From the NCBI GenBank assembly GCA_028717685.1, contig JAQUNI010000001.1, positions 207,451-271,450 on the forward strand: a stretch of DNA of 64,000 bases. The letters run 5' to 3'. Numbering within the stretch: position 1 is the first letter of the stretch; every line of letters starts with the position of its first letter. Both the position numbers and the translations under genes were made by a program. The notes under the pieces are model-generated. The model did not search any database and had not been told where the DNA came from. It saw nothing but the letters and a program-made list of their open reading frames with translations. This document shows positions 1-10,024 of the stretch, one piece after another. This DNA is from Patescibacteria group bacterium (GTDB lineage Bacteria > Patescibacteriota > JAQUNI01).

Positions 1-126
1 CAAGAGAGCCATAACGAAACTATGCGCATCACCGTCTTCGTCTTCATCTTCATCTTCGTTATCATCTGTATCCTCGTCTCCCGCTTCAGGGTCGAGGTCA
101 TTATCCTCATCATCAAAGTTTACCAC
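1..126 (-). CDS. Partial hypothetical protein with very acidic N-terminus (runs off window)
   Basis: GTG at 126 preceded by AGGAGGTG; reads MVNFDDEDNDLDPEAGDEDTDDNEDEDEDEDGDAHSFVMALL... with no stop before base 1. Confidence 0.6.
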   Translation of the reverse strand, partial: MVNFDDEDNDLDPEAGDEDTDDNEDEDEDEDGDAHSFVMALL

Positions 127-177
127 TTAATTCACCTCCTCGTTTTTGGCAGTAAAATATTAAAGTTCAAACGTTTC

Positions 178-300
178 TCAAGAAGACGATGCAGATGAGA
201 TTTTGAATGGGATTATTTCGGAAACGGCAGCTGTCTTAGGGTGAATAATTAATATGAATATTACCCTAGGTAATCCTGCCAAAAAATAATCCGTTCGCAC
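178..300 (-). CDS. Possible 40-aa small ORF
   Basis: GGAGG 5 nt upstream of GTG(300); open to TGA(178-180); downstream of a TTGACA/TATGAT promoter near 545-575. Confidence 0.3.
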   Translation of the reverse strand: MRTDYFLAGLPRVIFILIIHPKTAAVSEIIPFKISSASSS

Positions 301-1116
301 TCTCTCCTCCACATCATTCTCTTGAGGATTCTTCGACGTTGGTTCAAGTCAGGAGACTTGAACCAATATTAGTAAACAAATAGCCCCGAGGTAGAAAACC
401 TAAGGGCTATTTGCCAAAATTCTGAATAAGTATTAAAAGGTTCTCTCTCCTTGTGCCCTCCGAAGCACAAAGTGCATAGGCGGGCTTTTACTTATATATA
501 TAAAATTGTAAATTAGCATTTTTCTTATTTTGTTTTAGGACTATTATCATAGCATACTTTAATATTTTTGTCAAGGGTTTCACCCGATTTTGGCTCAAAT
601 AAAGCTCTTTTTTCCTGATAGGGGGTTAAACCCCTCTTTGTCTCCCCTTGTCTGGGGAGATGTTTGGATTATCCATTATTCTAAGACTATCAATAATTCT
701 TTGCTTAGGCAGAGAAGCAAGAGCGGTGAAGATCAAACAGAGTTGAATAAAAATCATCTACGATCCTCGTTGGTCTTCACCGTTTGCGGATTCAGAAATC
801 TTGTCTTGGATCCCCATCCAAAGGGGAGGAATTTTCTGAACCTTCTAAATCCCACATCACAAAAATCTGAAATTTAGAAGATTGGTGAGCTGGTTTTGCC
901 TAGGTGTTTTCTAATCCCTAGAAAAGTTACTTTCCAAATCTTGTTGGAGCAAGAATTAATTTGAATGAACATATATATAAATTTTCCCTGCCCCAACTGG
1001 ACTTGAAAATAACTTTTTTGATATTTTGTTTGAAGTGGTATTATATCATAATCGCATATTTTTGTCAAGAGTATATTCTCTTTTATAACAAAAAATGGCT
1101 TAGATAAGCCGAATTT

Positions 1117-1564
1117 GAATCGTGAATAATGAATCAGGAATTAGGAATTAGAGAATTTTTAATTTAGATGTCTTAATTAAACCATTGATGATTTTGTGCA
1201 CTTTTATTGTTTGTTCGGCAATTTTTAAAAAGTCCTCCTTTACAATATATCGGACATCACGAGCGATAATCAATTAATTCTGCAATTCAGTAACCGATCC
1301 CTGCGCTCTAGAATAAAAACAAATTTTATCTTTATAGGTCTGACGGCTGAAACCTTCGGCAATATTAGAAGTGATTGAAACTACACAACGACGCATTTGG
1401 CTCACTAAACCAAACATCTCTTCTTTGGGAAATTTTTTGGTAATTTCGTAAACCATTAAAACTAACTTGTGCCCTTCTTTCCAAGCATCTAAATCCGTGA
1501 ATGACTTAATTTTCTTTAATTCATTATTCATAATTCATAATTCCTGATTCATGATTCCCTATTC
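1117..1564. mobile_element. Heptamer inverted-repeat element (GAATNNN family) carrying the four-helix-bundle pseudogene
   Basis: Left arm gaatcgt-gaataat-gaatcag-gaattag-gaattag (1117-1150); right arm attcata-attcctg-attcatg-attccct-attc (1526-1564). Confidence 0.6.
1148..1531 (-). pseudogene. Four-helix-bundle protein (23S rRNA IVP / TIGR02436-like) with an internal nonsense codon
   Basis: FTDLDAWKEGH...SQMRR..VSITSNIAEG motifs; TAA at 1274-1276 where Gln is expected (ELQN*LIIARD); frame continues LIIARDVRYI...IINGLIKTSKLKIL to TAA at 1148. Confidence 0.85.
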
Positions 1565-2737
1565 TCCCCTCAACGCTTCCACGGGATCCATCCTGCTTGC
1601 CCGAAACGCAGGATAAAGACCGGACAATAGACCCACAAGCGTGGCAAAAACAATAATACTGCCTATAAGCCACCAAGGCAGAGCGAATAAATCAACTTGA
1701 GTTTGGACAATGTTTTGCGCGGCAATGTAATTATTGAGCAGAGAACTTAAAATTAAAGTAATGCCCCAGCCACAGAGCACGCCAAAAAAACCGCCGATAA
1801 AACCAATCGCGGAAGCTTCCAAACTGAAAATTTTTAAAATGTCCCGCCGCGACGCGCCGACCGCGCGCATCACCCCAATCTCACGAGTGCGCTCTAGGGT
1901 AGCCATAATCATCGTATTGATAATCCCGAGGGAAGCGACGCCCAAGATGATAATCCCCACGCTTCCGAGAGCAAGTTCTAAAATCCTGAAATATTTGGTC
2001 ACGCGGTCAACTAAATCATCTAAAGCGACTGCTTCCAGCCCCATCCCCTTAATTTCTTTGCTAATCCCCGCGACCTTTTGCACGGAATTTGCCTTCACCC
2101 GCAGACTATCATAAGTTACCATCTTTTTAATCTCGCTCGCCTGGGTCAAAGGGATAAAAACCCCATAGCCCAAGATATTCTCTCCCCGAGCCACGCCGAC
2201 AATTTTTAAAACTAAATTCTTTTGACCGAAGGTCAGATTTAAAGATTTACCTAAAAATCTCTCCGGGTAATCGCTGGAAAACTCTTTCAAAAAATTCTCT
2301 CCTATGACAGCGCTTTCCCCTGCCAAGCTTGAAGCGGGACTACCAGCGATCAATTTAAAAACATCCGTCGCCCCTGACGGCACGGCAGTAACTAAGGTCT
2401 TGCCTACGTTTTTTTCAAAACCGCTCAAGGATACCTCATCAGCCATCAAAGTAACCATCGGATCCACCCGCGCGACATCAGGCAGGCTTTCCAGCTTGCT
2501 GATTGTTTCGGAGTCCAGAAGCCGATTCCCATCCTCTTTTTGATAAACATTAATGTCCGTTAATTCTCCTGTGTCTTTCAGGCCTTTAACGACGATCTGC
2601 TGCAAACCCACGCCCAAAGAAACCATAGAGCTAATTAAAGTCGTGCCAATAAGAATCGCGAAGGTTGTTAAAACCGTGCGCAACTTGCGGCGGCGCAGAT
2701 TTTTAAAAGAAAATAATATTGCTGAAGAAAGCTTCAT
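1559..2737 (-). CDS. ABC transporter permease, MacB/FtsX family
   Basis: RKLRTVLT N-terminal TM; ERTREIGVMRAVGA; GLYPAFRASRMDPVEALR. Confidence 0.9.
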   Translation of the reverse strand: MKLSSAILFSFKNLRRRKLRTVLTTFAILIGTTLISSMVSLGVGLQQIVVKGLKDTGELTDINVYQKEDGNRLLDSETISKLESLPDVARVDPMVTLMADEVSLSGFEKNVGKTLVTAVPSGATDVFKLIAGSPASSLAGESAVIGENFLKEFSSDYPERFLGKSLNLTFGQKNLVLKIVGVARGENILGYGVFIPLTQASEIKKMVTYDSLRVKANSVQKVAGISKEIKGMGLEAVALDDLVDRVTKYFRILELALGSVGIIILGVASLGIINTMIMATLERTREIGVMRAVGASRRDILKIFSLEASAIGFIGGFFGVLCGWGITLILSSLLNNYIAAQNIVQTQVDLFALPWWLIGSIIVFATLVGLLSGLYPAFRASRMDPVEALRGE

Positions 2738-2800
2738 AAAAATTTAAATCTTTTTAGATTTTAAATTGTAATTTTTCATTTTACACTTTGAATTTTACAT

Positions 2801-3463
2801 TTATACTATTCTCCCATCCTGCATCCTTAAAACCCGAGGCGCGATTCCCGCCGCTTCCGAATCATGGGTCACTAAAAGCACGGTGACGCCCAGGTGCTGA
2901 TTAATATAAGATAAAATCTCTAAAATCTGCTGGCTTGCCTGCGAATCCAGATTTCCTGTCGGCTCATCCGCCAAAATAATCTCTGGCCGCGTCACAAGCG
3001 CGCGCGCGATTGCTACCCGCTGGCGCTGACCTCCTGAAAGTTCACTGCCCTTATGTTCAAGCCGATCGCCTAACCCGAGCCAAGTGAGCAAGCTAGCAGC
3101 GATTTTATTTCTTTTCCTCTTGGGAACATTGGCGAATAATAAAGGCAAAGCGACATTTTCCACGGCGGTTTGCGAGGAGTCTAAATTAAACATCTGGAAG
3201 ATAAAGCCGATTTTTTGATTGCGGTAAACAGAAATAGCTTGGTCCGACAGACTAGTCAAGCAAAGCTGGTCTACAAAAATATCGCCCTGATTCGGACGAT
3301 CCAAACCGCCGATCACGTGCAAAAGAGTGGACTTTCCCGAACCTGAGGGACCCGTGATCGCCAAAAATTCACCTCGGCTGATATTCAAATTAATGCCATC
3401 CAAGGCAAAAATATTTTCTCCGCCCATCTTGTAGATTTTAGAAACATTCTGGAGGGAAATCAT
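2801..3463 (-). CDS. ABC transporter ATP-binding protein (LolD/MacB-like)
   Basis: GPSGSGKS Walker A, LSGGQRQR signature, ADEPTGNLD. Confidence 0.95.
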   Translation of the reverse strand: MISLQNVSKIYKMGGENIFALDGINLNISRGEFLAITGPSGSGKSTLLHVIGGLDRPNQGDIFVDQLCLTSLSDQAISVYRNQKIGFIFQMFNLDSSQTAVENVALPLLFANVPKRKRNKIAASLLTWLGLGDRLEHKGSELSGGQRQRVAIARALVTRPEIILADEPTGNLDSQASQQILEILSYINQHLGVTVLLVTHDSEAAGIAPRVLRMQDGRIV

Positions 3464-3465
3464 AA

Positions 3466-3583
3466 CAAATTAAAAATTTAAAATGAAAAATGTAAAATTA
3501 TAACGCAAAATTTAAAATTCTTCAATTTCTTAATTTTGAATTTTGAATTGCAATTTTCAATTTTGAACTTTTAATTTTTAATT
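3466..3583. repeat. Empty heptamer inverted-repeat element (AAAATNN/NNATTTT); related copy at 2737-2800
   Basis: aaaattt-aaaatga-aaaatgt-aaaatta arm facing ttttgaa/ttttcaa/ttttaa arm; fills the whole gene junction. Confidence 0.7.
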
Positions 3584-4174
3584 TTATATTCTTCCCCAAT
3601 CCAATTCCGCTGGTTTGTGGCTGCCGATTTTGTCCACTAATTTTAAATAATCACTCTTAAAAATTGTATCCACAAAACGGTCATGCATTTCCTGACGATA
3701 CAAAAATTCAGCGAGCGACACTACCGTATAATTTAACTCCTCGCCTAATCCCTCTTCTAATTTCCTCACGATACGCACGAGCGCTTTTTTATTGATCCTG
3801 CCCACAACAAACAAATCCACCGGCGAATCATCTAAACCGATGAATTTACCCGAGAGACAGGCAAACTTGATCCCCGCCAACTGCTCAATGTCCCGAGCCA
3901 ATTTACTCCCCTCCAATCCCGCCTTGAAAATCAGACGCTTTAATTCCGGATACAGTTTGAACTGATCGTTCGGGTAATAATACTTCTTGCCGTCTTCAAG
4001 ACGGCTCGTAAGAAGCCCTAATGTTTCCAGATTCGCCAGCTCAATCCGCACTGAGTTAATCTTTTCATCTAAACGGCGGGTTAATTCCCGCACATAATAA
4101 GATTGGGGCTTACCCGCCAGAAAAAGCGCCAACAGCTTCACCCTTACCTTGGAAGAAAATAATTGTTCCAGCAT
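3584..4174 (-). CDS. Winged-helix transcriptional regulator with degenerate nucleotidyltransferase-like C-terminal domain
   Basis: LFSSKVRVKLL..YYVRELTR..INSVRIEL HTH; LSG...SPVDLFVVG. Confidence 0.7.
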   Translation of the reverse strand: MLEQLFSSKVRVKLLALFLAGKPQSYYVRELTRRLDEKINSVRIELANLETLGLLTSRLEDGKKYYYPNDQFKLYPELKRLIFKAGLEGSKLARDIEQLAGIKFACLSGKFIGLDDSPVDLFVVGRINKKALVRIVRKLEEGLGEELNYTVVSLAEFLYRQEMHDRFVDTIFKSDYLKLVDKIGSHKPAELDWGRI

Positions 4175-4307
4175 AGAGTTGCTTTGAACAAGTTAGTTGT
4201 TCATTTTTAATATAGCATAACAAAAATCAGAATGCAAAGCCGCCAATTCAAATTTGATATAGTTAGTCTAACCTGACATTAAATATAATAACCAACGGTT
4301 AAAGTTT

Positions 4308-4395
4308 TTGTAACTTGTAACCTATAACATATAACTCAAGGTCTTGTGTTACATGTCTGCCGCCAGGCAGGCAAGTTTCAAGTTATAAATTACAA
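4308..4395. repeat. Heptamer inverted-repeat element (TTGTAAC/GTTACAA family); copies at 33010-33103, 40293-40357, 50899-50971
   Basis: tgtaact-tgtaacc-tataaca-tataact-caag...cttgtgttac...agttataaattacaa, with nested GC hairpin ctgccgccaggcag. Confidence 0.7.
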
Positions 4396-4478
4396 AAATT
4401 AGAAATTTTCAATCCCTATCTCTTTGCATTTTTATCTCATAAATATTATAATATAAGTAAATACTTTGTGTATATCTT

Positions 4479-6788
4479 ATGTTCCAACGCTCAAGGTTAG
4501 AAATTCAAAACACCAAACTGCTAATTTCTAATCCTAAGGTGCGCGAAGGCTTGTGTAATGTTTTTATTTTTGAACCTGAAAGAGGGAAAGAAAACTTAGG
4601 AGAGCTTCTTATTCTTGTCAAAATTGAGGAAGACAACAGAGATAATCGGGAGATCGCCCAAGGAATCGTGGAAATTGTAAAAAATGAATTTTACCGCGAC
4701 GCGGAAAAAAATCCCGAAGAAAATTTAGAAGCTAGTTTGGTGAAAATTAATGAGATTCTGAAAGAGTTAGCCTCTTTAGGCAAAGTGGCTTGGGTGGGCA
4801 AGTTGGACGCAATCATCGCTTGTCTCCAAAACAAAAAGCTAATTTTAACCCAAACAGGAAAAGCCTTGTCTCTTTTGGTCCGCGATGGCGAGGCTAGTTT
4901 TATTACGGAAGGACGAGAAGAGGAAAAAGAAGGTCAACCCCTTAAAACTTTCAAGGGTTTAACCTTCGGTCTTTTGGAATCTAATGATCACCTTATTCTT
5001 TCCACTGCCACTTTATTTGATTTCTTCTCTCCGGCAAAACTCATCCAAATCCTCTGCCGCGGCACCTTAAAAGAAGCAAAAAATTATCTGGAAGAATTGC
5101 TCAAGGAGCAGATTGAGACGGAAATGGTGGGGACAATCCTTGTCTCCCTAAAACGAATCCAGTCTAAAAAATCTTTCAAACAAGAAGAAGGACAATTATC
5201 CGCTTTAGAAAAAATCGGCAGGCTTGAGGATTTCCCTGAAGCAGTGGAGATGGCAACAGAGGAAGCGGAAACTCAAACTGATTTCCTGCAAGCGGTGGAT
5301 AAAAGGCTGGAAGCAAAAAGAAGGGGTAAGTTTCCTTTTTCCCTCTTTCACACTCTCAAAAGCTCCCTCTTGATTTTAAAACAAGGAAGGCGATCTTTCT
5401 TTAAATATGCCATTAAAATACTCCAATCTCTATGGCGGTTCATCCTTTTTCCTCTCCTTCTTCTCCTTAAGAAAATATTTTCACTGTTTCCCGTCCTTTG
5501 GAAAAAACTCCTGCCCCTCTTCAGGAAAGTAAAGGGTTTCTTGGCGCGCAAAAAGATAAAAACTCCAAGCGTCACCCCCATTCAAACTAATCAGGGAATA
5601 ACCACCAAATTATCCTTTGTAAAATACATTCCGGGATTGATCAAACCGATTTCTCTCCGCCTGCAAGCTGTTCCTCTGCGAAGCAAAATAATTCTTTCCA
5701 GCCTGATCGTCGCGCTATTATTCCTTGCTTCCGGCATCATCTTCCTTAAAAAATATCATTCCCCAAAGCCCCAAGCCGCGCAAGGCGAGGAAACAATTCT
5801 CCAAGAGGCCGAGGGCAAAAGAAAAGCGGCGTTAGACGCGATGGTTTACAAAGACGAAAAGCAAGCAAGGGAACTTCTAGAAGAAGCGGACAGCCTTACG
5901 GGTCAAATTTTGGGTTCGTCCACGCATCGCGAAGAGGCAGAGAGTTTAAAAAACGCAATTGTAGAGCAATTTGACAAGATGGATAATATCACCCGCATCA
6001 CAGAACCAGCGCTTATATTTAATGTTGACCAAATTAACTCTGATTTCAATCCATTAGACTTAATTGGCTTGGAGAACGGTCTCTACGCTCTCTGCAACCC
6101 TAACAATATCATCCTCCGCCTTGACCCGCAAAAGAAAGAAGCAGTCCAACTCTCGCCCAGTTTTAATGATATAGGCTACCTCGTCCGCGCTTCCCAGATT
6201 GATCAAGGAAAAAATATCCTCTTTGTCAACGCCGATAACAAATTTTCCCTTTTTGATTTTAATTCCTTTAAAATTGAACCAATCAGCGCAGAATCCCCCT
6301 TAGAGCCCAACAATATTCAGGATTTAGCTGAATATTCCAACAAAATCTATACCCTCAATCCTAGTGAAAACCAAATCGTGAAATACACGCGCACGATTGG
6401 GGGCTTATCCAAAGGAAGCTTATGGCTTTCTGAAGGCGATATTAAAAATGGCGCTTCTTTAGCAATTGACGGCGATGCCTATGTCTTGACCCTTAATGGT
6501 GAAATCTTGAAATTTCGCGCGGGAAAACAAGTGAATTTCAATAAAGCCGCAATCCAGCCCGCTCTGGAAAAACCCACGAAAATTTTCACGCGATTAAATG
6601 ACAAAAATCTCTATCTTGTTGACCCCCCCACGCGGCGCATTATTGTTTTGGGAAAAAACACGAGCGAAGTGCTCCGCCAATTTACCTCGGACAAGTTTAA
6701 CGACCTTAAAGATATTTGGGTAGCACCGGATGAAAAAATAATTTATGTTCTGGCGGGCAAAAGCGTCTATCAGATAGAAAACAGGTGA
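4479..6788 (+). CDS. Membrane protein: N-terminal PP2C-like fold, central TM, C-terminal beta-propeller-like region
   Basis: 769 aa; hydrophobic IILSSLIVALLFLASGIIFL; repeated IYTL/LAIDGDAYVL/LYLVDP blades. Confidence 0.6.
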   Translation: MFQRSRLEIQNTKLLISNPKVREGLCNVFIFEPERGKENLGELLILVKIEEDNRDNREIAQGIVEIVKNEFYRDAEKNPEENLEASLVKINEILKELASLGKVAWVGKLDAIIACLQNKKLILTQTGKALSLLVRDGEASFITEGREEEKEGQPLKTFKGLTFGLLESNDHLILSTATLFDFFSPAKLIQILCRGTLKEAKNYLEELLKEQIETEMVGTILVSLKRIQSKKSFKQEEGQLSALEKIGRLEDFPEAVEMATEEAETQTDFLQAVDKRLEAKRRGKFPFSLFHTLKSSLLILKQGRRSFFKYAIKILQSLWRFILFPLLLLLKKIFSLFPVLWKKLLPLFRKVKGFLARKKIKTPSVTPIQTNQGITTKLSFVKYIPGLIKPISLRLQAVPLRSKIILSSLIVALLFLASGIIFLKKYHSPKPQAAQGEETILQEAEGKRKAALDAMVYKDEKQARELLEEADSLTGQILGSSTHREEAESLKNAIVEQFDKMDNITRITEPALIFNVDQINSDFNPLDLIGLENGLYALCNPNNIILRLDPQKKEAVQLSPSFNDIGYLVRASQIDQGKNILFVNADNKFSLFDFNSFKIEPISAESPLEPNNIQDLAEYSNKIYTLNPSENQIVKYTRTIGGLSKGSLWLSEGDIKNGASLAIDGDAYVLTLNGEILKFRAGKQVNFNKAAIQPALEKPTKIFTRLNDKNLYLVDPPTRRIIVLGKNTSEVLRQFTSDKFNDLKDIWVAPDEKIIYVLAGKSVYQIENR

Positions 6789-6944
6789 ATTTTTAATTTT
6801 TATTCCTTATTTTTTAACTAATTTTTATTGAATTATTGTTTTATTTGTGATGTCAATAAAAATTTCTGCCCAAGGCGGATCAGCCTAGGGCTGAAAGAAA
6901 CAAAAATTCGTTAAAAATTAAAAATCAAAAAATAAAAATTATAA

Positions 6945-6968
6945 AAACAGCCTCTTAACGCTGTTTTT
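6945..6968. terminator. Bidirectional intrinsic terminator
   Basis: aaaaacagc-ctcttaac-gctgttttt between convergent genes. Confidence 0.6.
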
Positions 6969-6981
6969 GTTTAGTTTAGTT

Positions 6982-7593
6982 TTATTCCACCAACCTTCCT
7001 TTAACAACAAGTCTCTTAAGTGGCGTTCCAACCGGCCAACAAGTCATTAGGGAAATGGTGGGCTCGGGAGTGGATGCTAACACCTGCACTTCATTTTCGG
7101 AAACAATTATTTTATCAATGACTCTATATAAATATTCTTTACCTTGATAATATACTTTGATTTCGTCATTTATTTCTAATTTACCCAAGAGAGCGAAAAT
7201 ATCTTTATAATCTCCTTTGCGCCAAATATAATCTGATGAATGGCCAAGGATAAAATAATTCCCTACCTCCCCTGAATTTGCCGTCCCGGGATAATGGACG
7301 ACGCCGTTCTCCAGACCCTTTTGAATCGTGCTCTCTTGGCTATTTTCCACCTCAACGACTGGCACATTCACATTAATCTTAGGGATGATGAGCCGAGTTT
7401 CCGCTGGAATCCCCTCCTCGCGAGAGGGCTTCTCTAAAATAGTCCGGATTACTTCCGCCTTGGGATATTTAGAATAAAAATAATATTCCGCCTGCTTCAT
7501 CAAAGCCTGATAATTGATCACTCCAAAAACTACGGCTAAAAACAAAACCGCGTAGATTATTCTTTTAATTAAACGGAGGGGGTGAAAAAACAT
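6982..7593 (-). CDS. Sortase (class D/E-like)
   Basis: N-terminal anchor; LIIPKINV; ILGHSS (His); LMTCWP (Cys); KRLVV (Arg). Confidence 0.9.
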   Translation of the reverse strand: MFFHPLRLIKRIIYAVLFLAVVFGVINYQALMKQAEYYFYSKYPKAEVIRTILEKPSREEGIPAETRLIIPKINVNVPVVEVENSQESTIQKGLENGVVHYPGTANSGEVGNYFILGHSSDYIWRKGDYKDIFALLGKLEINDEIKVYYQGKEYLYRVIDKIIVSENEVQVLASTPEPTISLMTCWPVGTPLKRLVVKGRLVE

Positions 7594-7634
7594 AGAAAAT
7601 AATTAACTATTCTAATTATACCAAACTTAGAATA

Positions 7635-7667
7635 AAAAATCACCTCATACTCTGGAGGTGATTTTTA
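7635..7667 (-). terminator. Terminator of rplJL
   Basis: aaaaatcacctc-atactctg-gaggtgattttt. Confidence 0.7.
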
Positions 7668-7676
7668 AATCTCTAT

Positions 7677-8114
7677 TTATTTCAATGTTACCGTCGCTCC
7701 CGCCTCTTCTAGTTTCTTCTTAAGCTCTTCGGCTTCAGCCTTACCCATCTTGGCTTTAATCACTTTAGGGGAGCTATCCACAATATCCTTCGCTTCTTTT
7801 AGTCCCTGCCCGGTGATTTCGCGGACGAGTTTGATCACCGCGATTTTGGCATCGCCAGGGGCGGTCAGTTCCACATCCCACTCTGTCTTTTCTTCAGCAA
7901 CGCCCGCGGCCTCACCGCCCCCAGCAGGGGCGCCAGCGGCAGACATAGCCATAGGGGCGCTCGCAGAAACGCCAAATTTTTCTTCGAAAACCCTAACCAA
8001 CTCCGATAGGTCCAATACGGTCATCTTTCCTATTTCTTCCACAATTTTTTTGAACTTCTCTGGAACTTTAACCTTTTTTTCTTCCTTGATTTCTTCTTTT
8101 GTTTCCTCGGCCAT
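7677..8114 (-). CDS. rplL: 50S ribosomal protein L7/L12
   Basis: [10 protein letters not shown]...[23 protein letters not shown]...[11 protein letters not shown]. Confidence 0.97.
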   Translation of the reverse strand: MAEETKEEIKEEKKVKVPEKFKKIVEEIGKMTVLDLSELVRVFEEKFGVSASAPMAMSAAGAPAGGGEAAGVAEEKTEWDVELTAPGDAKIAVIKLVREITGQGLKEAKDIVDSSPKVIKAKMGKAEAEELKKKLEEAGATVTLK

Positions 8115-8164
8115 AAATTTTGTATAAAAGGGAGAATACGAATTATCAAAATCTTGATGAATTA

Positions 8165-8698
8165 TTATTCTGCGCCTTTTTCGCTAATATTTTTTAAAAT
8201 ATAAATTAAATTACGCAAGTTGCCCGCCAAAACATTAACAAAACCAGAAACCGGAGCGGCGATCGCGCCAACAACCCTGGCACGCATCTCATCGCGACCC
8301 GGAAGTCCAGCTAAACTTAAAATTTCTGTGTCCGCCAGGAAACGTTTATCTAAAATACCGCCTAAAATTTTCAAATCCTTATGCGCTTTTTTAAAATTAA
8401 CTAAAACGCGGGCAGGCGCGATCTCATCTTCTAAACCAAATGCCAGAGAAAGCGGCCCCTCTACCTTCACTTCTTCCTTTAAAACCTTCAGGTTTTTGTC
8501 CTGTCCAATGGCGATTCCGAAAAGCTTTTTTTTCATAACTTTCAGAACAGCATTCTCTTTTTTTAGACAACGGCGCAGATCTTGGATTTCAGAAACTTTA
8601 AGGTTTGTAAAGTCCGCAAAAACAACGGTTTTCATTTTGCCGAAAATATCGCGTAACCATTCTACTTCTTTTTCCTTTTGTTTTCTGGTTTTGGCCAT
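8165..8698 (-). CDS. rplJ: 50S ribosomal protein L10
   Basis: L10 features; directly upstream of rplL. Confidence 0.95.
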   Translation of the reverse strand: MAKTRKQKEKEVEWLRDIFGKMKTVVFADFTNLKVSEIQDLRRCLKKENAVLKVMKKKLFGIAIGQDKNLKVLKEEVKVEGPLSLAFGLEDEIAPARVLVNFKKAHKDLKILGGILDKRFLADTEILSLAGLPGRDEMRARVVGAIAAPVSGFVNVLAGNLRNLIYILKNISEKGAE

Positions 8699-8754
8699 GG
8701 ATTTGGAATTATGAATTAGGAATAGTGAATCAGGAATAACGAATTAGGAAGAAT

Positions 8755-8862
8755 AAAATAAAGCCTTTTCCCAAGGCTTTATTCAAATATAAAAAAGTGG
8801 ATTCTTGCCTACACGAGATTTACCAAGCGGCTCACACCGCCCTACTCGTGGTCTTGGGAAGC
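8755..8862 (-). promoter_or_regulatory. Putative L10-leader-type autoregulatory RNA with terminator
   Basis: Minus strand CCCAAGAC-CACGAG...CTCGTG stem, then terminator AAAGCCTTGGGAAAAGGCTTT whose CTTGGG can alternatively pair with CCCAAG; lies upstream of rplJ. Confidence 0.55.
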
Positions 8863-8957
8863 ATATGTATTATACACTGGCAGAATAAACTGTCAACCTT
8901 AAGGGGATTAGGAATTATGAATATTTTTATATTCCTGATTCATGATTCCTGATTCAT

Positions 8958-9971
8958 TTACGGAAGATATTTTTGCTTATTTAAATTGTGCTCCTGCAAG
9001 TTTTTGGAAAAAACAACGGGTTGTCCTTCCGGATGCAGAAAATACAAATAGTCCGTCTCTTCGGGGTAAATCGCCGCTCTTATCGCGGCTAAACCTGGGT
9101 TGCAGATCGGACCTGGCGGCAATCCCTTGTAACGATAAGTATTGTAGCGCGAATCCATTTGAACATCCTCTAAAGTAGGCTGGCGCGATTTTTTACCGGT
9201 CACGTAATTCACCGTGGCGTCGGATTCCAAAGAACGGTCCAATTCAAGGCGGTTATAAAATACCCCCGCGATCTTCGGCATTTCCTCTTCGTTAGCCGAT
9301 TCTTTTTCCACAATGCTCGCCATAATTAAAATATCATATAAACTCTTTCCCTGCCTCTCTATCTCCACCAAAAGATCAGACCCAACTTTCTTTTGAAAAT
9401 TTGCCAACATCTTTTTCAAAAGATCTACCGCGGCTTGATCCTTGTAAACCCGATAAGTATCGGGAAACAAAAAACCTTCCAGGGAAGATTCCGGAGGTGC
9501 CTCAAAACGATCAGCGAAGATGCTGTCTTTAAAACCGCGGGTTGCGACAATGAAATCGTCTCGCTCAATAAGCTTTAACCCCGCTAAATACTGGTCAATA
9601 TCCTGCCGATCCCAACCTTCAATAATTGTAATATCTATCTCCTTGGGCTCTGGTTTGCCAGTCAAAACGCGGACAGTTTCGGGGATATTAATCTTGGGTG
9701 GCAATTTGAACTCACCCGCCTTAAAATCTTTCTCTCTCTTCTCTGTCCAGACATAGACTTCAAAATACCAAGCATCGCGAATAAAACCTTCCTTTTGCAA
9801 ATTGCCGGCAATCTCTTTTACTCCCTGACCTTCCGCAATCGCAAATTGCCGCGTCCCCTCGCTCTCGTTAAAAGATCTGTGGATCTGCCATTCAATGTAA
9901 AGTAAACCCGACAGCGCGGCGAATAAAAATAGAATTGTAAAAAAAATAACGGAACGAAATATTGTCTTCAT
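8958..9971 (-). CDS. mltG: Endolytic transglycosylase MltG (YceG)
   Basis: LEGFLFPDTY, IMASIVEKE, YNTYRYKGLPPGPICNPG. Confidence 0.93.
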   Translation of the reverse strand: MKTIFRSVIFFTILFLFAALSGLLYIEWQIHRSFNESEGTRQFAIAEGQGVKEIAGNLQKEGFIRDAWYFEVYVWTEKREKDFKAGEFKLPPKINIPETVRVLTGKPEPKEIDITIIEGWDRQDIDQYLAGLKLIERDDFIVATRGFKDSIFADRFEAPPESSLEGFLFPDTYRVYKDQAAVDLLKKMLANFQKKVGSDLLVEIERQGKSLYDILIMASIVEKESANEEEMPKIAGVFYNRLELDRSLESDATVNYVTGKKSRQPTLEDVQMDSRYNTYRYKGLPPGPICNPGLAAIRAAIYPEETDYLYFLHPEGQPVVFSKNLQEHNLNKQKYLP

Positions 9972-10024
9972 ATATTGGAATCAGGAATAATGAATTAGGA
10001 ATCAGGAATAGAAAATATTCATAA

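Noticed and set aside
590-1068. ORFs 590-877 and 874-1068
   Set aside because: No motifs or SD; they overlap promoter-like and repeat sequence and are possibly decayed DNA
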